Shown: positions 30,264 through 39,315, counted from the stretch's first letter. The stretch: 64,000 nucleotides of DNA from Candidatus Hydrogenedentota bacterium (GCA_045863295.1 BTWA01000020.1:32001-96000); one strand, 5' to 3'. Numbers and translations are program-made. Notes: generated from the letters alone by a model not told the origin.

Positions 30264-32357
30264 GTGACCCAGGAACGGTACAAGCGCCTGAACGCACGGA
30301 TTCAGGAAGCGTTGGACGACAGGTCCAAAAGCCGGGCACTGTTGCATTGCATGCAACGAGGACGGGATAACCGCTCCGTCCGGTTGCAGTCGCTGCCCGG
30401 AGGTGCGTCCTTTCGGGGCGAGGTGAAGGGCGTTAAAGAGCGATGCATCGCGGATCAGGAACGGCTGGTCGCCCACTTCACGGAGAATGCGGAGAAACGC
30501 GGCGTCAAGGTCTTTCGCGCGGCTTCCGGGATGCATGCGATTGAATACATGCTGCGTCTGGCGCGATCGCGCGGCGCAAAAACCATCGCCAAGTCCAAGT
30601 CGCTGACCACTGAAGAGATCGAATTAAACCAGCCGCTCACCGACGCGGGCATGCGCGTGGTGGAAACCGATCTGGGCGAACTCATTATTCAACTGGTGGA
30701 TGAAAAGCCCTATCACCTGGTCTTTCCCTCCGTGCACAAAATGGCCCCCGAAGTGGCGGAGATCTTTTCGAAGGCCACCGGTGCGGCAGTCTCTCCGGAC
30801 ATTCCTTCGATCATGAAAGTGGTTCGCACATACTTGCGCCCCATCTTTCTGAGCGCGGACATCGGGCTGACCGGCGCGAATATCGGCATCGCCGAGACCG
30901 GCGGAATCGTTATTGAAACCAACGAAGGCAATGGCCGGCTCGTATCGAGCATCGGTGACTGCCACGTCTGTGTCATGGGGCTGGAGAAGATCGTGGCCAC
31001 GGTCGAAGATGCGTTGCTGATGGTCATGGCCCATCCCGTGAGCGCATCCGGCCAGTTGCCGACAACCTATGTAACGTGGATGCACGGACACTCGCCGCTC
31101 GGCGAAGCAAGCCGCGCTCGCGAGTCCCACATTATTCTTCTGGACAACGGACGAACCGCGATGCGTGACGACCCGGCCATGCGTGAAGCGCTCCATTGCA
31201 TCCGGTGCGGGGCATGCATGAATGTCTGCCCCACGTACGGCGTGGTCGGCGGACACACGTTCGGGTACATCTATCCCGGTCCCATCGGCATCCCGTGGAC
31301 AGCGCAGGTGCACGGCATGGAGAAAGCTGCTGCGTTTGCGCCGCTGTGCATCTCGTGCGGTCTGTGCAAGGAAATCTGTCCAGCGGACATAGACATACCC
31401 ATGATGATCGCGACCGTAAAGCACAGGGACGCCAAGGTAACCCCACATTCCAAACCCGATCGCACCATGATGAAGGCGGACCGGTTCGCCCGGCTGGGGA
31501 GTGTGACGGCCCGTGTTGCCAATTGGATGTTGAAGAATCCGGCGGCTCGCGCGGGCATGGAGGCGATGCTGGGGGTATCCGCGAAGCGCGTCATTCCGCC
31601 GTTTGACCGGACGCCGTTCACCAGGCGATTTCATGCGCGAACAAGACCGGAGGGGCCGTTCCTGCGCCGGGTGGCGTTGTTCGTCGATGTGTATGCCGAG
31701 TACAACGCGCCACACTTGGCAATGAAAGCGGTGTCACTCCTCGAGGCCGCCGGGTGTGAAGTCGTGCTGCCGGATCAACGGCCCAGCGGGTATCCGTTTA
31801 TCGCGTACGGCGATTTGGATCGAGCCCGGGAAACGGCCGAGTACAACGTGGATAGGCTGGCGCCGTTTGTAAAAGATGGATGCGAGATTGTATCCATTGA
31901 GCCGACGGCGGCCTACTGCTTGCACCATTCCTACGCAGCCTTGTTGGCCGGTGACGATAGAGCGCTCCTCCTCGCAAATCACAGCCACGAATTATTTCCT
32001 TACTTGTTGGATCATGAAGGCACGCCCGCTCGAACGCTGGAAGGCCGGCGTCTCGGATTTCATATCGCGTGCCACCAGCGGCCCATGTCAAACGGCGAAG
32101 CCGCGATCGAGTGGTTGCGAAGACGCGGCGCGGAGGTCAGTCGAATCGAAACCGGAACGTGTTGCGGCATGGGAGGAACGTTTGGCTTGAAAGCGGGACC
32201 ACTGGGTCACGGGCTATCCATGGCGGTGGGCGAACCATTGTTCGCGTTATTTAAGAATGCCACCATTGACACGATTGTCACGGAAAGTAGCGTTTGCGGG
32301 ATTCAGTTGCGCGAGGGGACGAAGTTGCCGGTTCTACATCCGCTGCAATTACTTTAA
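30264..32357 (+). CDS. LutB-like LUD + 2x[4Fe-4S] + CCG-domain oxidoreductase
   Basis: KSKSLTTEE, ETDLGE, TNEGNGR, CIRCGACMNVCP, CISCGLCKEICP, HIACH, CCGMGG. Confidence 0.85.
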   Translation: MTQERYKRLNARIQEALDDRSKSRALLHCMQRGRDNRSVRLQSLPGGASFRGEVKGVKERCIADQERLVAHFTENAEKRGVKVFRAASGMHAIEYMLRLARSRGAKTIAKSKSLTTEEIELNQPLTDAGMRVVETDLGELIIQLVDEKPYHLVFPSVHKMAPEVAEIFSKATGAAVSPDIPSIMKVVRTYLRPIFLSADIGLTGANIGIAETGGIVIETNEGNGRLVSSIGDCHVCVMGLEKIVATVEDALLMVMAHPVSASGQLPTTYVTWMHGHSPLGEASRARESHIILLDNGRTAMRDDPAMREALHCIRCGACMNVCPTYGVVGGHTFGYIYPGPIGIPWTAQVHGMEKAAAFAPLCISCGLCKEICPADIDIPMMIATVKHRDAKVTPHSKPDRTMMKADRFARLGSVTARVANWMLKNPAARAGMEAMLGVSAKRVIPPFDRTPFTRRFHARTRPEGPFLRRVALFVDVYAEYNAPHLAMKAVSLLEAAGCEVVLPDQRPSGYPFIAYGDLDRARETAEYNVDRLAPFVKDGCEIVSIEPTAAYCLHHSYAALLAGDDRALLLANHSHELFPYLLDHEGTPARTLEGRRLGFHIACHQRPMSNGEAAIEWLRRRGAEVSRIETGTCCGMGGTFGLKAGPLGHGLSMAVGEPLFALFKNATIDTIVTESSVCGIQLREGTKLPVLHPLQLL

Positions 32358-32540
32358 CCCGCATTTTGCACCCCGGAGACTGTACTTCAGTCTTCGTGGT
32401 GCAAAATGTTCACACAGAATTCTTTAAGCTTGAAACGCTGAGGATATTTCACGAGCACACTGTAGGTGCGCCAGCTTTGGTAACAGGCCGGTTGAATTAT
32501 TGTTACACCGTTAATTGCACAAAGTCGTTAAATATCCGGG
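32358..32540. mobile_element. MITE-like element, copy 3 (183 bp; left-arm loop shortened and inverted)
   Basis: Same ends; TTAA at 32354-32357 and 32541-32544. Confidence 0.75.
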
Positions 32541-32876
32541 TTAAGACTTATCCGCGGGTCTGGGCGCAATGTCGGGCTCGCTGGACTGAATCCATTCCAC
32601 TGGCTTCCACGCACGGGTCTTGCAGACCGCTTGAACCGTGTGCCCTTCACGGTTCGTGTAGACGACCGTGTAATGACGGCCGTCCCGTTCTTCGGTAAAG
32701 GAACCCCATTCGGCATTCCACTCGATGCTCACCATCTTGCCGCCCAGCTTTGCAATCGCCGATCGGACCCGGCGCGCGTCATACTTTTCCTTGAACAGCT
32801 CGAGCGAAAAAGCGAATGCGATGAGGCCGCCGAGCAGCAGACTGATCGCCAGGAAGAGTGGGTTGTCCATGTGCAT
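32541..32876 (-). CDS. Small membrane-anchored hypothetical protein
   Basis: N-terminal TM plus small soluble domain; fills the gap between neighbouring genes. Confidence 0.55.
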   Translation of the reverse strand: MHMDNPLFLAISLLLGGLIAFAFSLELFKEKYDARRVRSAIAKLGGKMVSIEWNAEWGSFTEERDGRHYTVVYTNREGHTVQAVCKTRAWKPVEWIQSSEPDIAPRPADKS

Positions 32877-32879
32877 GCG

Positions 32880-33278
32880 CTATAAAGTCTCCGGAGCGTG
32901 TTCAATGGCCGGGCCAGGGGCGGGCCGGTAGGCCTCCAAAGCCTCGGCAATGTCGTCGTACAAATGTTCGGGAACATTCAAGGTGCAGACTCCCCGTTCT
33001 CCGCTGTCTCTCCGGTAGTCGACCGGAGCGATGATAACACGAGTCTTGTCCATGCCAAACTTCGCCACAATGCAGAAGATTTCTTCAATGGCCCGATCGC
33101 CGATGGCCAGACACCCGATGGATGCCGCGCTGCCATGAATACGAAGGTCACCCCCGAGACTCGTCCGGTTTTCATTCTCCGCCCATGCAACGTCAAACGC
33201 ATTGGGATAGTTGACTCGAAGGGAAAGGCAAAAGGAACTTTTCGGATTCAGCGAGGCGCGCATTGCCCGGCGATTCAT
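32880..33278 (-). pseudogene. L,D-transpeptidase (YkuD/YafK-like) C-terminal half, probably 5'-truncated
   Basis: LNPKSSF.LSLRVNYPNAFD...GGDLRIHG...SIGCLAI retained. The usual N-terminal part (signal peptide, EGD..TPEG motif) is absent and the ORF abuts the upstream GT2 stop. Confidence 0.55.
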
Positions 33279-34576
33279 GGTTCGTGCACTGTCGCGGCAA
33301 GCGACGGCGCAAGCAGCAGCGCGCGTTCACGCGATTCCGCCGCACGCCGGGGATCGCCGAGGCCGTCGAGCGTCCGGGCAAGCCCCCAGTGCACCAGCGG
33401 ATCTTCCGGATCTTCCTTGAGCGCCTGTACGTAGAGTGCGAGCGCCATGCGGTGGTCACCCGACCGAAGAGTGTTGTCTGCCTCCAACCGGAATCGAAGT
33501 GCTCGCAATCGGGCCACGGGCTCCGGTAGTCCGGGCGCGAATCCGCACGCCAGTTCCAGGTGGCGTTGCGCCTCCGGCGGATGCCCGGCGAGGTCGGCCG
33601 CGCGCGCAACGTAGAGTCGCGCCAGAATGTGGTTGGGGGCCTGTGTAAGCGCTCCGTCGAGCCGGGCCGTGGCGGCGTCCAAGCGACCTTCGCGAATGTC
33701 GACGGCCGCGAGCGCCGTAAGCACGTGGGGAGGCGCTATTCCGTGCCTCTCCAGAGTCTCCAAAACGTGGCTAGCCTCTTCGGTGTCTCCCCTGTTCAGA
33801 AGAAGGTTGGCCAACGTCGTGGCGGCGGGCAGGTCGAGCGGATCGCGTTCCAATACGCGCCGGCACAGCGGCTCCGCCTCGTCGGCCCGATCCATGGACA
33901 CCAGTTGTTCCGCGAGGTCGTGCAGCGCTTTGGCATCGTCCGGACGCGCGGCAGCCTTCGCCTCCAGAATGGAAAGGTAACGAACCGCCTTTTGTGCGTT
34001 GGCCGGCGCATAGCCGTAGTGATGGATGAGGACATCCAGTCTGCCCACCACCCCGCCAAGTTCCAATACCGACTCCGTAATGTTCTCATGCACCGGTTCC
34101 CGGTATTCAAAGCCGCGCCCGTTTCGGAACAACCGGAGCAAGGGCACCGCGAGGTACCCTGCGTGGCCGCGTGCAAAAGGATCGCCCGGCCGCGACGGTG
34201 TCCAGCGCCACGCGCGGGGCTCGTCGCAGTAGTTGGCCAAGGTCACTTCAAACGCGTCGGATCCATTGCCGTCGGCATCCACGGTCTGCCGGATGCGCGC
34301 GGCACTTTCCGGGTCGAGGCATTCGTCCGCGTCCATATGAAGGAGCCAGTCCGCCGTTGTGTGGCGCAATACGGCGTTGCGCGCTGCCGAAAAGTCATTG
34401 CGCCAGACAATGTCCAGGACCTTAGGTGTGAAGCGCCGGGCGACGTCTGCCGTGTCGTCGGAGGAACCAGTGTCTCCGATGATAATCTCGTCGGCAATGG
34501 CGGCGACACTTTCGAGGCACGACTCAAGGCACGCGGATTCATTACGCACGATCATGATGATGGCCAGTGTAGGCAT
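33275..34576 (-). CDS. GT2 glycosyltransferase with TPR repeats
   Basis: MIVRNE, DTGSSD, W.NDFSAARN, MDADE, VHE, HHYGY, then TPRs. Confidence 0.88.
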   Translation of the reverse strand: MPTLAIIMIVRNESACLESCLESVAAIADEIIIGDTGSSDDTADVARRFTPKVLDIVWRNDFSAARNAVLRHTTADWLLHMDADECLDPESAARIRQTVDADGNGSDAFEVTLANYCDEPRAWRWTPSRPGDPFARGHAGYLAVPLLRLFRNGRGFEYREPVHENITESVLELGGVVGRLDVLIHHYGYAPANAQKAVRYLSILEAKAAARPDDAKALHDLAEQLVSMDRADEAEPLCRRVLERDPLDLPAATTLANLLLNRGDTEEASHVLETLERHGIAPPHVLTALAAVDIREGRLDAATARLDGALTQAPNHILARLYVARAADLAGHPPEAQRHLELACGFAPGLPEPVARLRALRFRLEADNTLRSGDHRMALALYVQALKEDPEDPLVHWGLARTLDGLGDPRRAAESRERALLLAPSLAATVHEP

Positions 34577-34606
34577 GGGAGCAGTTTAGCGGGCAGGGCG
34601 GGCAAT

Positions 34607-34644
34607 AAAAAAACTCGGGCATCCCTTGCTGGAGATGCCCGAGT
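34607..34644 (-). terminator. Rho-independent terminator downstream of flgM
   Basis: Hairpin ACTCGGGCATC/GATGCCCGAGT with an A-tract on the left. Confidence 0.75.
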
Positions 34645-34664
34645 ATCGTCGTGAGTGGTTGGCT

Positions 34665-34964
34665 CTACAGAAGTTCGCTCAGCTTTCGCGCCACCTCGGC
34701 AATGAGATTCGGCAATTTGTAGTCACCGCGCTCCAGCGCCGCGCGGGCTTCGTCCACGCGTTCTTGCCGGATATCGGGCGTTTCGTTGCCAAGCTGCACG
34801 GCTTGCGCTACCGACGCGGCTTCCTGAGCCTCGGAACTGATCTGCACCCCATCTTGCGGGGCCGGCCCGCGGGATCGCGTCTCTTCGTTGCGACGTTCGC
34901 GGACGCTGGCCGAGCGTTGGGGTTGGGGCTCTGGTATGCCCCCTACTCCCTTCACATCAACCAT
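34665..34964 (-). CDS. flgM: Flagellar anti-sigma-28 factor
   Basis: 99 aa; DGVQISSEAQ...PDIRQERVDEARAALERGDY...VARKL; sigma28 promoter upstream. Confidence 0.85.
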   Translation of the reverse strand: MVDVKGVGGIPEPQPQRSASVRERRNEETRSRGPAPQDGVQISSEAQEAASVAQAVQLGNETPDIRQERVDEARAALERGDYKLPNLIAEVARKLSELL

Positions 34965-35032
34965 GTGTCCATCTCCTTATCAACGGCGCCCTGCGATTGG
35001 CTGAGCGCTTCAATCCAAATCTTCGTTATCTT

Positions 35033-35059
35033 ATATCGGCAGGCACCGCCAAAACTTTA
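35033..35059 (-). promoter_or_regulatory. Sigma28 (FliA) promoter of flgM
   Basis: Minus strand reads TAAAGTTT...GCCGATAT with TAAA-N15-GCCGATAT spacing. Confidence 0.85.
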
Positions 35060-35187
35060 GCCACATTCCGCAAAATCCTTGGCCTCCAACGCCAAGCGTG
35101 GTCTGCAACCCGAATAATGGCACCTAACATAGTATAAAAAATAGAGTTAGGGGATTCAATAAAATCAATATCTTGCACTCTCACTAG

Positions 35188-35314
35188 CCCCTAACGTGTA
35201 TCACGCATGAAGCCTGCGGGGTGCAAAATGCTCACACAGAATCGTTTGGGACAGAAAAGCTTAGGATATCTCACGAGCACATTATACCTTCATCGGACGG
35301 GTGAATAATCGGGG
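35188..35314. mobile_element. Degenerate, shorter copy 4 of the MITE-like element
   Basis: Core GGTGCAAAATGCTCACACAGAAT...AGGATATCTCACGAGCACA; ends CCC.../...GTGAATAATCGGGG; flanks CTAG and CTAA. Confidence 0.6.
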
Positions 35315-35374
35315 CTAACAGTCTGTCGGAAAGGTAGCTTTTCGAGTAGAAATTCGCCTAAGTCCGACAAACTG

Positions 35375-35812
35375 CTAGACGGGAAAGGCTTCTCGAGCAG
35401 GTGAAACGGCAACACACTCCAGGAATTCCGTAACGGAAACCCAGTTCGCGCGCTGCGGGATCGCATCCGGAGCGGACCAGATCGGCGTGCCTACCACGAT
35501 GAAGTCCGCATTCCCGGCCCGGGATGCGTCCATCGCCATATCCCACCATCCGGTCCCCGATAGAGGGCCGGTCGAAACAAACTGCGCCTTTTCCGGTGCG
35601 GTAAACCAACGCAGCCACGACCTCAGAAGGGGGTCTTCCAAACCCAGATCGCGGAGTAGACGCAGGTAACAAGACAAAAGCGGTCGGCTGACAATGACCC
35701 GGTATCGGCCATCGCGCCAAAACGTCAGCACGTCCTTCTCCGTGCGAGCGAATACTCCGTGAATGAACACGTCGGGAAGCAGCACCACTTTGGGTACGTG
35801 GGGATTATTCAC
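35375..35812 (-). CDS. PIN-domain-like protein with degenerate active site
   Basis: KVVLLPDVFIHG, IVSRPLL, AGNADFIVVG...SVTEFL give a PIN_3-like outline; overlaps the HTH gene stop. Confidence 0.55.
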   Translation of the reverse strand: MNNPHVPKVVLLPDVFIHGVFARTEKDVLTFWRDGRYRVIVSRPLLSCYLRLLRDLGLEDPLLRSWLRWFTAPEKAQFVSTGPLSGTGWWDMAMDASRAGNADFIVVGTPIWSAPDAIPQRANWVSVTEFLECVAVSPAREAFPV

Positions 35813-36086
35813 GGGACGCTTCCTCCAGGAGCCGTTCGATGTCGTCGTCGGTGAGGGCCCGGCGCCGTGCGCTGATTTCCGTTTGTTGCCGCAGCAAATC
35901 GAACCCGCCTTTGGACAATGTGATGGATGCATCGATCCACTCGTCGAGAATGCGGCGGCGAAATCGCCATTCCTTGCCGAGTTTGGCTCCGGGAATCTGG
36001 CCTTCCTGAGCCCATTTGTAAACCGTCTGCGGTTTAAGCTTCAGGTACTTCGCGACCTCTTCCACGGTCATGATGTCGTCGTTCAT
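35805..36086 (-). CDS. Excisionase-like helix-turn-helix (HTH_17) DNA-binding protein
   Basis: MTVEEVAKYLKL..TVYKWAQEGQIPGAKLGKEWRF. Confidence 0.85.
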   Translation of the reverse strand: MNDDIMTVEEVAKYLKLKPQTVYKWAQEGQIPGAKLGKEWRFRRRILDEWIDASITLSKGGFDLLRQQTEISARRRALTDDDIERLLEEASRE

Positions 36087-36103
36087 GGTCTCGCCCGCCC
36101 CAT

Positions 36104-36853
36104 TCAATGGATGCCCAACAACTGAAAGACGGAGATGACCACCCCCTCATAAAAATTGAGGTCGACGCCGTGCCGGAACAGTTCGAAATCCCGATCGGGC
36201 GATCCGATAAAGGGGCGCAGGCTCCAGGCCACCTGGGTGCCGACAAAAGCAAAAATCACGATCCACACCTGCATGATGCGGACCGCCTGCTTCGGGTAGA
36301 GCGAAGAACTCTCGCACATCGCTTCAAGGCCTCTCCAAAGGCCCACCATGGCCCAAAGTCCACTAAATCCAAAGATGGCGACGTGCAACAATTTGAGAAA
36401 ATCATATTTCGCGCCGGTCAACGTAAAGAACAGTACTATCGGCGAGCAGCTGGCCAGCAATATGGCATTCAAAGCCATGGCCAGAAGAATTAGCGCAAGC
36501 GTCTGCAGAAACCCCAGATGGGACCCCATGATCACATTCACCACGTACAGCACCGGATAACAAACCGCAAGCGTAATCAAATACAACGAGGGAACTTTGA
36601 CGGCGGAAACCAACATTTGGAGCCAGCCTGTGGATAAACCCATAACAAGACCATGAAAGCCGCTCAGTAGAACCACGATGACGACGAGAACAAGTATCTG
36701 CCGCCCCACGGACTCATTACGGAAGATGCTCTGGAAATAGTCGTCCCGGTTGCGGAGGATGCCGTCCAGATACTTCATGGAATAGGACGAAATGCGTTCG
36801 TTGGAGGACGATGGACTGCCGGATGGAAAGTCAGCAAAACGGGTGGTGCTCAT
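36104..36853 (-). CDS. Multi-pass membrane protein (Yip1-like), function unknown
   Basis: About 5 TMs; SAVKVP.L, PIVLFF, FVGTQVAWSLRPFIGSP. Confidence 0.7.
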   Translation of the reverse strand: MSTTRFADFPSGSPSSSNERISSYSMKYLDGILRNRDDYFQSIFRNESVGRQILVLVVIVVLLSGFHGLVMGLSTGWLQMLVSAVKVPSLYLITLAVCYPVLYVVNVIMGSHLGFLQTLALILLAMALNAILLASCSPIVLFFTLTGAKYDFLKLLHVAIFGFSGLWAMVGLWRGLEAMCESSSLYPKQAVRIMQVWIVIFAFVGTQVAWSLRPFIGSPDRDFELFRHGVDLNFYEGVVISVFQLLGIH

Positions 36854-36984
36854 GCCACGGTACCCTCCCAGAGAATGAAGGAAAATTGCGATCCCGGGAA
36901 CAAGGATACCCCAAATCGAGCGTGATGTCAATGTTTGTTACTGTTTGATACTGTTTTATGTTGTTTAATCGTCGATCCGAGCCG

Positions 36985-38139
36985 CTATATCCCTTCAAAC
37001 GCTTCGGAGTAGAACCGGTTAATTCGGTCCTCCGTGGTATCGCCAACCTGATTTCGAAAGCGGTAGGGCTCCGACGAGATTCCGTGGCTGAACGGGCCAA
37101 TCTGATGGGCTTGGAAACCGTGATCCCTGGCTGCGGGGGAGACCGCCAACTCGTGCAACAGCGTATGGATGCCGTGCACCACGGATTCAGCCGGTTCGCC
37201 GTCCTCGACCCCCAATGCCACGGCAATGGAGCGTATGGATTCGGGAACGTATGTAGCATTGAACCGGAAGACGGGGCCCAGCAGCAGCGCATTGGCCAAG
37301 CCGTGAGGGATGCCGCATTCCAAGGTCAGAGGGTAGCCCATGCCGTGAACAAGGGTGGTTCCGCTGTGGGCGATGATCATTCCGGACAACGTGGCCGCCC
37401 GCATCATCGCGGCACGAGCATCCCGGTCTTCCGGATTGTCCGCGGCCGTGGGCAGGAATTGGCGTACAAGGCGAATGGATTCAAGCGCGGAAGGCGCGTG
37501 CTCAGGTACGGCCTTCTTCGACACCATGCCTTCCATGGCCTGGCTCAATGCATCCAATCCGGTGGCCAACGTTGTGGACCGTGGCAAGGACAGCGTCATC
37601 TCTGGATCGATCAGAGCGGCGGCAGGAAACAGGGCATTGCCGGAAATCGTGCGCTTGGTCCTGTTCTCGTCGTCGACAATCACGGCGTAGGGAGTGACTT
37701 CACTGCCGGACCCGGCGGTGGTTGGAATGGCAACAATCGGCAAACAGCCGCGCGTGAAAGAATCGGCGCCGAAGAAATCCTGGCAGAGTCCCGGGTTGAG
37801 CGTGAGGCCCGCGACCGCCTTGGCAACATCCATCGGACTGCCACCGCCAACCGCGACAACAACGTCGCACCCCGCTTCGCGGGCCAAGGCGGCCGCTTGG
37901 TCGCACAGGCGGGTGCCCGGGTTCTCCACTACGCCTTCAAACACAACCGCGTCCGGAAACCAGAAACGGATTCGATCCAGGTATCCCATGGCACGGGCGG
38001 ATTTTCCGCCAGTCACGACAAAAGGTGTAGAACCGTGGGGTCGCAATGCCGACGGCAGCCGCTTGGCGGCCCCGAATCCGAACAGAATTTCTGTCGGCAC
38101 CCAAGGCGGGAAGGGATCAAAGAGTGCGGGATTACTCAC
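36985..38139 (-). CDS. Iron-containing alcohol dehydrogenase
   Basis: ENP, GGGSPMDVAK, PTTAGSGSEVT, DALSQAME, HGMGY, HGLAN. Confidence 0.9.
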   Translation of the reverse strand: MSNPALFDPFPPWVPTEILFGFGAAKRLPSALRPHGSTPFVVTGGKSARAMGYLDRIRFWFPDAVVFEGVVENPGTRLCDQAAALAREAGCDVVVAVGGGSPMDVAKAVAGLTLNPGLCQDFFGADSFTRGCLPIVAIPTTAGSGSEVTPYAVIVDDENRTKRTISGNALFPAAALIDPEMTLSLPRSTTLATGLDALSQAMEGMVSKKAVPEHAPSALESIRLVRQFLPTAADNPEDRDARAAMMRAATLSGMIIAHSGTTLVHGMGYPLTLECGIPHGLANALLLGPVFRFNATYVPESIRSIAVALGVEDGEPAESVVHGIHTLLHELAVSPAARDHGFQAHQIGPFSHGISSEPYRFRNQVGDTTEDRINRFYSEAFEGI

Positions 38140-38626
38140 CGCGCCGTCCCAGAGCGGCTTTGACGCTGTCCTCCAAATCCTGGATGACCGCATCGCGTTT
38201 GAAGTTGACGCGGCGCAACTTGGATTCGGCTTTGACAGCGGCATCGGAAAAGGGTGCAAGGTCGATGGCTTTGGTCCAATACGTCACCGCTTCGCGAAGC
38301 AGGTCTTTCTTGTACATGACATTGCCCATGTACGTATGTGCGAGGGCATATTCCGCGTCCATGAGGATTGCTTTCCGAAAACATTCCTCGGCGCGCGCGA
38401 AATCTTTTTCGTTGTAATGCTTGCGGCCGCGTTCCAACAGTTTGGCGGCGCTTTGGTGGTCGTAAGGCCCGCGGTTGCTCTGGATGGCACGCTTCAGCTT
38501 GCGCGAATCGCCGGCAATGCCTTTGAGCACGTCGCCGGCGTCTTCCTTTCGTGTGGCAAGGCGCTTGAGGTGTTTGCCAAGGTTCTTGGCATACGTGGAG
38601 ACAGTTTTGCCGATGTCTTTTGCCAT
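38132..38626 (-). CDS. TPR protein
   Basis: Two TPRs (GRKHYNEKDFARAEECFRKAI; AHTYMGNVMY...EAVTYWTKAIDLAP). Confidence 0.75.
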   Translation of the reverse strand: MAKDIGKTVSTYAKNLGKHLKRLATRKEDAGDVLKGIAGDSRKLKRAIQSNRGPYDHQSAAKLLERGRKHYNEKDFARAEECFRKAILMDAEYALAHTYMGNVMYKKDLLREAVTYWTKAIDLAPFSDAAVKAESKLRRVNFKRDAVIQDLEDSVKAALGRRGE

Positions 38627-38775
38627 TTGCGCAGTCCTGTTGGGGATATTCTAACACTGAAATGCGATTGGCACAAAGGCCATGAAAGACTACAGGCCTG
38701 TCACTCCATTCGGACTTCGTGTTGAATTCAGGCGGATTCATTAAGTACAATCTACCCTTCCTGTCCGCTCTCTTT

Positions 38776-38862
38776 GCCGGAGTGGTGGAATTGGCAGACA
38801 CGCATGGCTCAGGACCATGTGGGGGCAACCCTGTGGAGGTTCGAATCCTCTCTCCGGCACCA
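38776..38862 (+). tRNA. tRNA-Leu(CAG)
   Basis: GCCGGAG acceptor stem, D-loop GGAATTGGCAGAC, anticodon arm CATGG-CTCAGGA-CCATG, long variable arm, GGTTCGAATCC, encoded CCA. Confidence 0.95.
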
Positions 38863-39123
38863 CTTATTCCCGACTCCAACCCAAAGTCACCGTTGCATAT
38901 TCGCCGGTCGTTGACCCTAAGATTCCGCCGCCAAGTTTCGAAGTCATGGTTGTACATGGGCTCGCATCCGCGGTCTGTCCCACTTTGAATTCTTTGCAAC
39001 GTGATTGTCGTTCCGGCTTCCATGCGTCTTCGCTCTGTTGGAGCAGGAAAAGACGTTAGCCACCTTAGCCTTCATCCCAGGCCGACTTAGTGCGGACTGT
39101 TATCCCTGAAGAATGGATTACGC

Positions 39124-39162
39124 AAAAGATACGGCCCCGGCAACAACGCGCCGCCGGGGCCG
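39124..39162 (-). terminator. Terminator of the Ro60-Y RNA transcript
   Basis: Hairpin CGGCCCCGGC/GCCGGGGCCG followed on the minus strand by UAUCUUUU. Confidence 0.65.
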
Positions 39163-39171
39163 AAAAGGTTT

Positions 39172-39303
39172 GCCGGATGAATGGTTGGTATGGGCGTTTT
39201 ACCGCTCTACCATCTGAGCTACGATTCAACCGAAGTTGAACGGCCGGACTCGAACCGGCGACCTGTTCGTAATCTAACGATAACCCATCCCATGCGACCC
39301 GGC
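39172..39303 (-). ncRNA. yrlA: Y RNA-like tRNA mimic (YrlA type)
   Basis: 5' GCCGG pairs with 3' CCGGC. Internal order is T-arm GCCGG-UUCGAGU-CCGGC, a UUCG-capped acceptor-like stem, then D-arm UA-GCUC-AGAUGGUA-GAGC. Lies downstream of a Ro60 gene. Confidence 0.85.
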
Positions 39304-39315
39304 AAAAACTCAAAT

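Noticed and set aside
35805..36086. Prophage excisionase
   Set aside because: No integrase or phage genes nearby; HTH_17 proteins are common stand-alone regulators or antitoxins.
38136..39023. 295-aa minus-strand ORF
   Set aside because: It runs antisense through tRNA-Leu and out of frame across the TPR gene; spurious.
38776..39120. tRNA-Leu as an integration site for a genomic island
   Set aside because: I found no integrase and no duplicate of the tRNA 3' end in the window.
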